Shown piece by piece: positions 50,741 through 63,329 of a stretch of 64,000 bases of DNA. The stretch covers positions 85,004,001 through 85,068,000 of the forward strand of contig NC_086097.1 in assembly GCF_963921235.1 (NCBI RefSeq). Reading direction: 5' to 3'. Source of the stretch: Mobula hypostoma (taxonomy: Eukaryota). A program made the position numbers and the translations under genes. Under the pieces are notes generated by a model. The model worked only from the letters and a program-made list of their open reading frames with translations, was not told where the DNA came from and did not search any database. The stretch's first letter is position 1. Every line of letters starts with the position of its first letter.

Positions 50741-53299
50741 TGGAAATACCTACTGAGGACAACTTGCCTTTGTAGAAGCTTTAAGCCAGCAAAGTATCCA
50801 TTGGGTAGTTGATACTTCGCCAAATTGAGAGAGGAGCAGAAAGCATCGAAGACCCATTGAATTGTCACAGCAGTGTATTAGAAGCATCTTGTCAGTTGAT
50901 ATGTGGTGACTACAGTGATGCTTTTCTGACTGGATAACTCTCAATGACCCTTGCCCATACTCAGCATCCAACCAAGTGTTCTCCTTGTGGTTCAATCAAG
51001 GGATGCTGGGTGTGGTGCAAATTGCAGGATGACGGTGATTGCACGGCAACTAGCATCGTGTCTGGCTGGACTCCGTGCTTCCAGCAGGTGTTCCTTGCAC
51101 ATCAATATGGAATCCAAAATGATTTTCTCCAGAATGTGTGCATGAAGCTGAAGCAACTGTGGAACACAATGTGCAATCATAGCTTATAAAATAGGCATAC
51201 TAATGATCCCATTTTCTCCCCCTTTAACATTTTAATTCCCTCTTGCACCAACTTAATTGAACTCAGTGTTTTTGCATAAATTTCTGTCCCTACCACTTTT
51301 ATTGCAGACAAAAATTCATGTAACCGTGTTAACAAGTGCATTAAAAAATAATGTTCAGGGGGAATTAAATCCATTAAAGTAATTAGCAAGAGAAGACATT
51401 TCATCTCACCGGCTGGGTCTGTTCAGAATCCCAGGTGTAGAGAGGAGTGTGCTCCAACCTTCTGCTGCATTCAGATCCCCAATGGACTGTTTATATGTTG
51501 AAGCACAGTGAGAAGTGTGCTTCATTTGAGCAGAAGGATCAATAGTCGAAACACAGTTATGCGTTAGTCTGTTGGATTAATTTTACCTTGGACTCTGGCT
51601 TTGATTGTCAAAGTTTATCTTGGCAATTTATGTCTAGGAAAGATTGTTGTTTTTCTGCCCTCTCATTATCCTGAAGGAGTTTCAGAACCATTTGTAGCAT
51701 TGTGTCTTGAAAGGCATCTAACCTATAGCCGTGGTCAACTGGCGTGAAAAGCAAGTTCCTTCCTAAGTATCTGCTGAGAGTGTATTAAACGGAAATGATA
51801 GGGTGACATATCACACTGTATTAATCAATTACTGCCTCTTATAATGGTATAATTAATATCTTGGAGCATTCAAAGAAAAGATGAAAAGCGGCTTATTCAT
51901 ATTTCCCTCATCTTTTTTTCTTAAATCCCTTTATATCTAACTGTTAGAGAAAAAAAAAAGGTTTTTCCATTTGATCTCATTAGACCTCCTTTAGGTCTCT
52001 AGTCCCCTTCTGAGATGCTCTAAAGCAGCTCCTTTCGTCCATGGGAGTTCTTACTCATCAACCAGCTTGGTTCAAACAGTCCCGCTGACAGTACAACAGA
52101 TGCTGTCTATCCAGGTCTGCGTGTGATAGTTGGCACACAGGGATAGTGTTTGAGAGCACATAGCTCCAGTGGCACTACCTTCAGCACCAGAAATACTAAG
52201 GGACAGTGTTAAATGACTGGAAGAAAGGCAAGTTGTCAGCTACTTGAGATGAGGGAAATGCTGGAAAATCCGATCTGGCCCTTGACCCACCTGATGCAGA
52301 GAAATTCATCTGCAGTTGGCGTTGAGGGATGGCCTGTAGCAGCACAAGTGCTTCGACCCTAACTTCAAAATTGGGTCCACTGATTTTAGAGGCAAGTGAG
52401 AGCATGACTGTGTAACACATTTAGACTTCCCAACAGGGATGAGTCACCAATCGATATCCATTGTCTAAACATCTTCATGTTTGGTATGTACTGAAAAATA
52501 TAGATCTTTTACCAGCTTGTGTGATGATTGCTGCCTCCATAAGTCAAGTTCAGCTTTCAGTCCTTGTTTGATAGCCAGCTGAATGCATGTCAGAGGGCAT
52601 ACTAACATCTGCTTATTGTTGTTCATTTCTGGATAGTGTTTTGTTAGTTTTCAGTTCCTTGAAACACATCTACAAATCTATCCAACAGATGTCACCTGTT
52701 CAGTGTTGATCCTGTATCTGTAGGAGACAGAGATCTATCTGCTGTTATCAGTTCTCTTGCATGGTCACTGGAATATGGTTTTCCAGTCATTCTATTCTTT
52801 GGCTGTTTCATTTCTAACTTGCATTTAGAGTCGTACACCAAGGAAACAAGCCCTTTGGCCTACCAATTTCTTGCTGAACATTAAACGTCCATTTAAGTCA
52901 ATTCTGTGCTAACCCCATTTTGTTTTTGTTCAACCTACATCACAGTTCATAGGCAGTGATGAGCCAGCTCAAAGGACTGAGCTAGACCGTCTTGTTAAAT
53001 GGTAGCGCCATAACAGCCTCATGGTTAACATCAACAAATTCATCAGCCATCAGGCTGTTGAACACCCCCACCCATTAACCCACCCGCCACTACCTTATAA
53101 TGTCTTATCAATCACTTTCTGTACAGATACTCCTGTATCGAGCATCACTTAATGGACGTACAATCAGTCTATGTATATCAGCTAGCTTTAGGTATTTATA
53201 TTTAGTATGCTTTTTATTCTTTATGCTTGTGATTTTTTTGTTGCATCAAATCTGGAGTAACAATCATTTTGCTCTCTACGCTTGTGTATTGAAGAATGA

Positions 53300-54202
53300 T
53301 ACAGTTTCAAATCCCTGTGTGTTATCATCTTACCTAGGGGAAACCCCGTCCGCCGCCCAACCTTGTCTCCCAGTTGCGTCAGTTGCTGTGCAATGCCACC
53401 TGATACGGCCTCAAACATCAAATATCAGCCAGCACACAACGTACGTTTTACAAATTGCGCTTTATAAATCTTACTAGGACTATGAGATTAATAGAGGTAC
53501 AATACAAAAGGGAATGAAAAAAAAGCGCCAGATTTATCAAAGTTCACTTTCTTGGTGCACACAGTTGGAGCTCGGGACCTTCTCTCTTCACCCTGCGATC
53601 CACTCTGTCCCCCTCAACTCGCAGCTCGGAACCACCCAAAGTGATCAACCGGAGCGCTCCCAGCACGTCCGTCTTCCTCCCGGTCTCTCCTCCAACTCCC
53701 CGTCAAAACCCAGCACGTCCGTCTTCCTCCCGGTCTCTCCTCCAACTTCCCGCCAAAACCCAGCACGTCCGTTTTCCTCCCGGTCTCTCCTCCAACTCCC
53801 CGCCAAAACCCAGCACGTCCGTCTTCCTCCCGGTCTCTCCTCCAACTCCCCGCCAAAACCCAGCACGTCCGTCTTCCTCCCGGTCTCTCCTCCAACTCCC
53901 CGTCAAAACCCCAGCACGTCCGTCTTCCTCCCGGTCTCTCCTCCAACTCCCCGCCAAAACCCAGCACGTCCGTCTTCCTCCCGGTCTCTCCTCCAACTCC
54001 CCGCCAAAAACACCGTTTCCCAGCCATATGAGACAATATCACCCCAGAAAAGAATAACATGGACACCCATTGGTTCATTTGCTCTCTTATCAATAATATA
54101 ACCCAAACAAACCGCAGCGAGAGAACCTTCTCAGCATTTAACATCACAAAGAAGCCATTTTGATTAACAAATGCAGTAACATAAAAGAAGAAACTCCTTG
54201 CA
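53300..54202 (-). mobile_element. LTR-like repeat containing a 50-bp minisatellite
   Basis: The right end read on minus starts tgcaaggagtttcttcttttatgttactgc (TG terminus). Left boundary and TSD not resolved. Confidence 0.5.
53659..54009. repeat. 50-bp minisatellite, 7 copies (cccagcacgtccgtcttcctcccggtctctcctccaactccccgccaaaa)
   Basis: Units start at 53659, 53709, 53759, 53809, 53859, 53910 and 53960; near-identical. Confidence 0.97.
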
Positions 54203-55626
54203 GTTGCATCAAAGCATGGGAATGCAAGAAGCTGCAGAGAGCAGCGGAGCCAATGGACCAGCACCACCTTAACCCTACATCAGCAACAGAACATCTGGAC
54301 CATCTCTTACATTAACATGGATTTTTCTCAGCAATCTCTTGTTTTGCAGTCTTTTCCTCTTCGTTGTCTTGTGTAATTTATATTCTATGTGTTGCTGCTG
54401 CAAGGATTTGTAGCTGTACCTCATCGTACTTGTGCAGTGACAATAAACATGACTTCCCTTCAACCTCTCCCAGATTCTTTGACTCATCTACATGCCAAGG
54501 ACAATTTGCAATGACCAATTAACCTACCTTTCTTAGAAATTTAAGGAGATTTGGCAACCCTCTTTGGGTTGTGAGAAGGCAGATCACCTGAGGGAAACCC
54601 AATCTGTCACGGGGAGAACATGCAAACTCCACACAGACATTTTGCACTCAAAATCAAACCAGTATAGGGTCAACGCCAAGAAATAAGTCAGATCAAAGCT
54701 AGATCACTGGAGCCATGAGATAGCAGATCTACTACTTGCGGCCCAGTAGTACGGTTGCATTGGTATGGTTGCACAATGTATCTTGTCTCTTCCGGTTCCT
54801 TGAGAGCATTCTTTAGGATGATATTAGGATGATAGTTGCACCATTCTCTATCTGGAACTATATCTCTCCCTTCCACTTCCATTATAGCAAAGCTTGGTGT
54901 TAGATCTTTGGCCTCCTCTCCACTGTCCAATTGTCCTTTTCCTCTCTACCCCATACCATGTTATAGCTTTGACCCTTATCACTTCCTCTCACAGAAACCA
55001 TGGCCAAATTGGTACTTGGCTTTGATCCTTTACTGGTTTGATTTCATTTACCTCTAGACTTCCTTCCTCCATATTGGGATGAAAAGTGCTCCACTGTTCT
55101 CATGTAGCATGTGAATCTCATCTCACAAGCTTGACTTTTCTCTTTCTCCTATTCAGGGTACTTGGCACAATATTTACAACCTTTAAGCTATTGCTGTTCT
55201 TTGCTTCAACTTGACTGCCTTGCTGGAATGGTGCAGCCCATATCCACTCTTCATTACAGCTCTGAAGCCCAACAGGATTCCATACATTTATTTTCCAGGT
55301 CGAAATTTGTCGCTCTCAATTGATGCTCCTTCAATACTGCATCTCAGGTTCTGCATGCAATCTTGTCATGGATCAACAAATCTCTCAGATCTCTGAGGTT
55401 ATAATTTCTAGCCAGCAATTTCAGTTCAGGTAAGCATGTGTACATATCTTCCTGTTCATCTGCCATTTCATGAAAAAACTTGAATCTTTCCACCCTTATC
55501 ATTGAGTAAAAGGATTAATAATTCACACAGGTTTCTTTTTGGTGGGCCTGTTTGCTTGCTGAAGCTCTCTGCCATAGTGACCAGTGAAGTACAATGCTAT
55601 CTTTACTTCTGTTTACTCCTTTTTAT

Positions 55627-55923
55627 GTGGCCAAGTGGTTAAGGCATTCGACTAGCGATCTGAAGGTCATGAGTTCAAGCCCCAGCTGAGGCAGCGTGTT
55701 GTGTCCTTGAGCAGGTCTTAACCACACAATGCTCTGTGACAACGCTGGTGCCAAGCTGTATCGGCCCTTCCCCTTCCCCTGGACAACATCAGTGTCGTGG
55801 AGAGGGGAGACTTGCAGCATGGGCAACTGCCAGTCTTCCATACAACCTTGCCCAGGCCTGCGCCCTGGAGAGTGAAGATTTTCCAGGTGCAGATCCATGG
55901 TCTCACAAGACAAACGGATGCCT
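55627..55923 (+). mobile_element. tRNA-headed SINE with RTE-type tail, inserted in the Gypsy relic
   Basis: 15-bp TSD tttactcctttttat at 55612-55626 and 55924-55938. A box tggccaagtgg, B box gttcaagcc, core gtgtccttgagca, tail atccatggtctcacaagac. Confidence 0.9.
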
Positions 55924-57634
55924 TTTACTCCTTTTTATCAGTCATTACCAACTGAACATAAGGAGAAAAATCCTTCTGCTCATTAGTAAGTTATTTGCTT
56001 CAAGGTTCATTTGCTGAGGTGGCTTTAGATGATTTGTGCTCCAGCATACAGGTCAATATTTCACTGTCTGATGGAAGAAAGCGAACTCCAGCATGCCCAG
56101 TCAAGTGATGGGTCACTTAGCGCAAAATCTGTCTCGTCAGATCTCACCACAGAACATCTTTTCATAGTGTTTGCAAAAGCAATTGCTCCAAACACAACCA
56201 CACAAAATTGATTTAATATTCTCAATAAGTCTTCTGCCACCATGCATTCTAATGTTCCTAGTTGCAATCTTTTTCTTTAATGATACTTCTTACATTCTGG
56301 GGTTCTTGGAGAGTTGTGTGGTAAAACAGTTAGTTAGGTATTCATAAGCCTGTACTTGGCCTTCTGCCATATTGGCAACACGATCTAATCTGTAGCCTCG
56401 GACCTGGAAGTGCTTGATACTGATTATTGCAAGTCCTCTTCCAAGAATTGATCATTTTCTTAAAATCATTGACCTTTCGTATTATATTTCCTGACATTTA
56501 TAATGAGTCCATTGTGCCCATTCTTTCTAGAGGTGTAGATGGATGCATTGATGTTTGATGATACAGTGAGTTGGAATCGTCCAAATATTCCAGATGTGGG
56601 GAAGGTACCATAAGCCAAAGACATGATATTTTTGTTGTTTGTCATTATTTTGTCCAACAGTCCACAACCAGGTATGGATGGTAAAACTTACCCCCCCTGA
56701 AATCATGATTTAATATCTATGTTCCTGTGTAATACAGTTCCGTGCAAACGTGTTAGCCACATAGATATAGCTAGGGTGCCTCAGACTTTGCACAGTACTG
56801 TATTTGTCAATGTCAAGTGGAGAGGGAGTTTGTAAATCTGGCTGGAGCAAAGGATGTTGGGAATGGCGAGGGACAGCGGGTGGCGCAGGTGCAGACTCAC
56901 CCAGCCCTGAGACATCAGGCAAGGTCACTTGATTACTAACAATTGCGTTATGAAAATCTTACTTGCAGCAGCCGCCACAGGCACGTTGCATCGTATAAAC
57001 AGAATTCACATGAAAAATGTAAGTAAACACATTTTTACATGTATGAAACAATGAGAACAAGAAAAAATAAATTCCATTTTAATGCAAAGTTTTCAATGCG
57101 AGCATAATGCTGCTAAACCCATGATCAGGGTTGTCCTGGTCCATTCAAGAATGGTATGGTTGAAGGGAAGTAGCTGTTCTTGAACCTGGTCATGTGGGAC
57201 TTCAGGTTTCTGTTTGTACTGCCCGATGGTATGTGGGATTAATGTAGCTAGTTGTTAGAGGCAGTGTGTGTATTGGGGGCTGAAGGGCCTGTTTCTCTGC
57301 TGTACAACTTCATGCATAAATAAATGAATCCTTACCTTAGTGATCTGCATTGCTCTCCAGTCTAGACCCGTGCATTCTCACACTAACATATGGAGGCAGA
57401 AGTTTGATTAAAAGATGGAAAAAGGTACTTTAAAGCAGTGCAATGCATCGGCCTTCAGCAGTTTTGAGCTGAAGCACATGTTGCAATTGGAGGGACACAT
57501 TAAGGTTGTCCGGAAGTGGACGAAGGCCTTTGGACGTGGACAGGGAAGGGGGTGTGGAGGTGGTGTGAAAACAGGGCAGGCTAATAGAGGATGCTACCTG
57601 ACGAGAGTGCATACCTTCCACGACCAACATTACT

Positions 57635-57756
57635 ATTGAAAATCAAGATTAAGCAAGCTTTGCCCTTCTACCGGAGGTTTCTGTCATCCCTGCGCTTGCC
57701 TTTAGACACTTGAGTTAGGTTGTGATACGTGTACCACCCTAGACAAACTCCTCACC
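57635..57756 (-). pseudogene. Decayed 28S (LSU) rRNA fragment
   Basis: By eye the reverse complement matches the vertebrate 28S segment ggtggggagtttgactggggcggtacacctgtc...cctaaggcgagctcagggaggacagaaacctcc...gaagggcaaaagctcgcttgatcttgattttca, with many substitutions. Confidence 0.85.
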
Positions 57757-58299
57757 ATCAATTAAATCTGGACTCTTCAGGAGCAAGACAGACCTCTTAA
57801 CTATCAGGTTAAGACATGATGCTGTGCTTGAAGCCCATAAATTGTACGATGGAGTTTCACAGTGGTGACAACCAGTGTGCATTTCATATTGTTTGATGAC
57901 ATTGGTATGCCCAGCATCCTTTGTGTGCATGCAGAAAATAAGCTTGGAGAATGCAGGTCAAAAATTAACTTGTTTAGTTATGTTGCATGGTAAATTCATT
58001 CAGGTAGTTGCTAAAATTCTATCACATGATACATAAGCACATTGATTGAATTCCTAGACTATAATTTTAATGAATTCTCTGTGTCATTGATCATTTTCAT
58101 ATAGCTATTCATTAAGAATGGAAGGATTGTCCTAACATGGTTAGCACAACATTGTGGGCCGAAGGGCCTGTAATGCACTGTAGATTTTCTATCTTCTATG
58201 TTTACTGGACTGTACGACAAGTCTAGTTGTTCTTGTTTCATATGGCGTTCACACTTCTAACTGAAGTGTGACCTGGGAGGGGCAGATGCAAGTCTGTCC

Positions 58300-58447
58300 A
58301 TTCAGGAGCCAAGGTTGGATCTTTGTTTGTCATCTCATCCTCAGCCGTTCCAACATAGCTGGCCCTGAGGTGACATCGCCTGATGGAGTCCTTGAAGCAC
58401 AGAGGCCTCCACACAATGTCAACGTGTTGATCCAGGTGGTGGAGGAT
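58300..58447 (-). mobile_element. Possible RTE-clade 5'-UTR remnant
   Basis: ggcctccacacaatgtcaacgtgttgatcca resembles the reverse of RTE 5' ends (recalled, not aligned). Confidence 0.35.
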
Positions 58448-60699
58448 AACATCTAGCTATTCCTAAATAATCAGAGCAGTGTCATTCAGACTTCATTATA
58501 ACTTAATATCAGTTTACAGGTCATTATTTTATCTTTCTTTAAGAATTACTTATATTTGTGACCTCAGCAGATGACCAGCTTGTATTGGTTGGCGTTGGTT
58601 GAATTTGGATGGAAGATGTCTCATTTTTCTCAGCATAAGATGGAATATTCTCTTGTTAGTTAATGAAAAGTTTAGAAATTCCACTTGGACAGGCCATACC
58701 TTTGAGTTTTTAAACACATTTTGAAACATCTAGTTTGTTGGAAATCATTTGCATGGAGTATTAAAAAATATTAGTACTAACCAGCCACTAGAGCTAATTT
58801 CTTCCCACCAACATAAGCTGCCTGTAGCTTTGATTTTTCCATCTATGTGCCATTTCTGCTTTGTATCAGCTGTGACTCCAACCACTCATGTAATGTGTGG
58901 CCTCCCAAGATCTGATATCCAGCTGCCTGCTTGAGAATCTTGTGATGGTTGCATTGCATCCATTTCTAAAGAATGGGATGGAAAATAATCCCTCGCCCTG
59001 CCTGGTACTGCGGGCCATGGGCTTGTGGAATAAAATGAGTGATGGATGATAGCTTGAGAAATGGAAAGGTGGAGAGATTATAAGCAAAGTAATTGTGATT
59101 TATAGCAAGTAGAGTTCCATGAGTAAATTGTAAATTGTAAATTGTGCTCAGTAAATGTCACTTGCACAACTTTTATTGAGTCTGATGTGAATTCTGATGA
59201 AAGGTCTTTGACCTGAAAAGTTAGCTCTTTTCTCTTCCCACAGATGCATTCTAATGGGTTGAGTATTTCCAGGATTTTCTATTTTAATTTCAGATTTCCT
59301 ATACGTGAGCAATTTTTTGTTATTTTCAGTTTTATAGAGTCATAGAGTATTACAGCTCAGAAACAAGTCTTTCAGTCCGCTAAGTTCACGCTGGCAGTCT
59401 AGCACCAATTTATACCAATCTTTGATTGATTTCATTTTATTTTTCCCACTTTCCCATTTACCTCCCCCCCACCAAATTCTACCCTCACTTTTTTTGTTGT
59501 TAATCAGGTATAAACATCAATACCTTTTCATTAATAGAATCAAACAAAGTGACAACGTCTTCCAAAAGGCAATGATATCGGTTGGGCTTGAATCTCTGAT
59601 GGAGTTGCTCTACATTTGTGCTCAAGAACATAATACCATCTGTTTTGCTTGAAATATTAACACTGTCCTCATTGCTAAAGCTCTTAATTATAATTGTATA
59701 ATAACCACATATTTGTTTTAAACTATTTTGCTGTATGTGGATTGGCCACTGTGTGTCCTGACGTACAATGTTGGAAGTTTTTGCTAAGCTTAAATAGTTT
59801 TGGGATGTCCTGCAGTTATAAAAGCATTATTACGATGCAAACCATTCTTTCTTTAGCTTTGACTATTCTTGTGTTCATCTTGTTTCCTCATGCCATTGGT
59901 GTTTTAGACATTCTAAATGAAAACACTTTAAATTAGATTCAAAGCATGGAATTCAAAGGTCTTTCATGATTTGAATATTTATATCCAGATTAAAATTACT
60001 CAAATCATGAAACACCTTTAACCATTCAGTGCTACATCCATTTAAAAGTATCTGGTAATAAAAGGCATAGAATTTTTTTAAAATGTCAAAGTAGACAACA
60101 GAGAGGAGATTCCAGTTTCTTCTCACCACTGGATTACAGCAATAACATGCAAGCCCCACACAGAGAGCTTTGTAGGTCAGGGTGGAATCTGGGTCACTGA
60201 GACTATCAGTGAATAGCACTAACTTCTGCACCACACGTGACTGTCTTGTTCTTCTCTTTCACTCTTCCTCGCATAAGGGTCTTCCATACTGCATCCCATA
60301 GTTCTCCAATAGCAGTTTAGTTGTAAAATAAAAGCAAGCATCCTTCAACTTTTCAATCTTTCTGTATTTCCATACAAGTATATTTCCTCAACTCTGGCTC
60401 AGGAAATGAAAATACTGGAAACACTCAGCAGGTCAGGCAACATCTATGAAGAGAGAAACAGTTAATTTTTCAGGTCCAGGAAGAAAGAAAGTAAGTTAAG
60501 TTACCTAGCAGTAGTAGAGAAGCTGGGGAAGGAGTGGGGGAAACAAAGGGTTCTGGTTTAAGATGGCACTACTGAAGGCAACAACAGCTTACTGGTAGTT
60601 CAAAAGGCAAGAAATTTGACTAAAAACATTATTAGTAGCACCTTTACTGAAGTAAATTGTGGTAAACTATCAACACAAATAATGAAGAGGTGAGCAAGT

Positions 60700-61352
60700 T
60701 CGAGGGATGTGCTGTGCTGTGCTGGTGCGTTGCAAAATTGCAAAGTTGAAATGAGCAGGAGTTGAGGCAGAGGAGTTTTGATGCCTGTCCAACTTGCCCG
60801 GGTGTGAGGTTGGATCGCTCTAAGCGCCAAGCTGATTTGGAGGGGTCGAGAATGGCAGCGTGGTCTAGGCCCAGGTCCTAATGCAAGGCACGATCCTCTG
60901 TTTGGACAATTTAATCACTGGCCCAGATAGATTGGAAAAGCAGTATGTGGGATCCAGAGGCAAGAGTTACTTGCTCCCCCACAATCTTCCCTCCTCTCTC
61001 TGTGGTATTCAGGCTGTGAGACTGCCCTGGCTGCTGTGTTCCATGTCTGACAGCGTCACAGTGATTCGCCTGGCCAACATGATGAACTGAGGCTGAGGCT
61101 TTGGGCCTACTGCTGGCTGTTCTGGCGATTCAGATCTAAGGATTCAATTTAGTTCATAATGCTGTTGCTTGCTCTTATTATTTGCATGATTTGAGTTTTG
61201 TCTCTCTTTCTTTGCACATTGGGTGTTGGTCTTTAGTTTTCTGAGTTGGGTTCTTTCGGGTTCCTTGCTTTGTGTCTGCCTGTAAGCAGACAAATCTCAA
61301 GGTTGTATAATTTATACATTCTTTGATAATAAATGTACTTTGAATCTTTGAA
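60700..61352 (+). mobile_element. Non-autonomous retroelement with ...aataaatgtactttgaatctttgaa tail
   Basis: Tail resembles 18080-18148; GC-richer body with no coding homology. Confidence 0.5.
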
Positions 61353-63329
61353 TACCTCTGCTAACGGAAACCAGATGGGATAATGGGGGCAGTTACCAAC
61401 AGATTATGCCTCTTTGCCTGTGTTTGGAGCAAGTTTTTTGGTAATTCTGAATTATTTCAGTCAGGCCACATTTTCTACGTGTAAACAAGGAAGCCAGCAA
61501 CTGGACATCAAGTCACTGGCATTCTAGTAACTGCAGACGTTAGCAATTTATAACACACCTCTTTCCTTCCCTCTGCCTTCATGTCAAAAGTAAGAACAGT
61601 TACAAAATTACATACTAATAGTTTGGGGCATCTGTGATTTCTCTGAAATTTTACAACATGCCACCAAAGGTCAATCAGCCATTTTGTATTCATCCACTGA
61701 GAAACATCTTCAAATACTTTTGTTTGGGGAGCATAGTTGTGCTTGTTCTGTGGAGTGCTTAATGCTTTGCAAATGATTTTTGAATACTTAGCAATTTTAC
61801 GGATCCAAAATTAATAGAGAAGAAACCCTTTAAGGTTGGTCAATAACAAATGCCAATTATATTCTGACTGTTTTAGCTAATAATTAGATCTTATGTTCCC
61901 ATGCTGTGTATTGTGTAATTGCACTCCATCTCAAATCCCTATGTACTTAAGTCGGTTTTGGAATTATAATTAAGTACAATTTCTATAGTACTGTCATGAT
62001 TGTCTATGATCCATGATACTTGCCTACAATCTCCACATTGCCAAAAATATTTAAGCTTTTGCTTGTGTTTTATATTCTAACATCCATGCAAGTCATATTG
62101 CTTGGAAAATTATAGTGCCTGTTTCAAAAGTCTGTGTCATGTACGAGTTTTGAAGTGAATTATCACCATGAGCAATATGACTGTTCATTTTGCCGTGCTC
62201 TGACTTTTGAAGCGTGAAATACCTGATCGGGATTGCACAGGCATCCACACCCTGGAGATAACAAACACCCACAAGGTGGTTCTGGATGAGGAAAGCCTTA
62301 CACTTCTTTCATTCATCTATCCAGTGTGCTGCTAAACTCAAACCATTGCTGCCCAAGATTTTTGTCTCCTCTGTGACTTCAGTGTTTACCCCATACATTG
62401 ATGCTCCTTTGTCACCTTGTATCTCTCATTGAACTTCTACATTTGAGTATTAATGTCATTACTGAGCCAGTAGTACAGGCAGGTTCTGGACCTCCTTAAG
62501 GCAGGCAGTTCAACAAGGTAGCTTAAAGTTATAACAAGTTTGATTAACAAGGAGAAATTTTGTTAATAACATTGTATATAGAGAGGCAAGCCAGATGTCA
62601 CATAACATACAGTTGCTGAGTTATTATCAGACCAAATAAAGTGTGTTAGGTAAAGTTACTACACCAGTGTAATAAAGCACATCAGTGCCTCAGGTTCACA
62701 TGGAGATTTAAGACCAGCCATTCAAATACCACAAGCTCAAGTAACGCAAATTGGGTTAAATAAAATGCTAAAGCAATGATTCACACAAAGGCCTACACCC
62801 TCCTTCCCTTATGGACTAGACACTAGCCCAAGCACATGTGGGCAGCACACTTTTAAGGCCACCTGAGGAGGAAGGTCCCATGCTATTTTTCCTCCAGCTG
62901 GAAACAACAGGCACAATTCTCTGTTCCACCTGGTTGCTATAAGTAACATAAGCATAAAGCACACGAAATCAACTTTCTAGGTTGAAGAACATTCTGCCTC
63001 CAGTCTTGCTACAGAACCTGGGCCCGGTTACTGGTGATCAGCCTTTTTGGTGTTCTCTATACTGTACTATTCTAGACCTTCTCTCCTATTCTCAATGGTC
63101 AGGACTGGATGCAGTGTCCTAGGTTTCGACTGACAACTTGATCCATATTTCCACTATCTTGAGCCCTTACTTCAGTGATGTAAGCATCTGTTGCACTCCA
63201 GTGTTTACATTGCCATGCTGAATATTTAGATCCCCTCTATTATGATTTTATACGTCTTTCTTGAGCCTGCTGCTGGAGGTTTTTGCTTCTTAAATAAGAA
63301 GATGTGTACTTTCCATACAAGATTCACCA

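Larger units (their letters stand above)
52430..56020 (-). mobile_element. Ancient Gypsy gag-protease-pol relic, fragmented by younger insertions
   Basis: Minus strand: HLKPPQQMNLEANNL (about 56020), VERFKFF...ELKLLARNYNLRDLRDLLIHDKIAC (55490-55340), FQIENGAT (decayed protease DTG, about 54850), LDRFVDVFQG and QLAIKQGLKAELD (52690-52540). Confidence 0.65.

Noticed and set aside
53514..54267. 195-217 aa Pro/Ser- or Gly/Arg-rich ORFs
   Set aside because: Translation artefacts of the 50-bp minisatellite.
55299..55429. Apparent + strand exon (ttttccAG...ttcag/GTAAGC) with an open frame
   Set aside because: It is the antisense of the decayed Gypsy gag (ELKLLARNYNLRDLRDLLIHDKIAC). Exonisation cannot be excluded but is unsupported.
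55627..55700. tRNA gene
   Set aside because: The A/B boxes belong to a TSD-flanked SINE head; no complete cloverleaf is evident. The same applies to the V-SINE heads.
57635..57756. Functional rRNA gene
   Set aside because: Only about 120 bp, heavily substituted, with no flanking rDNA.
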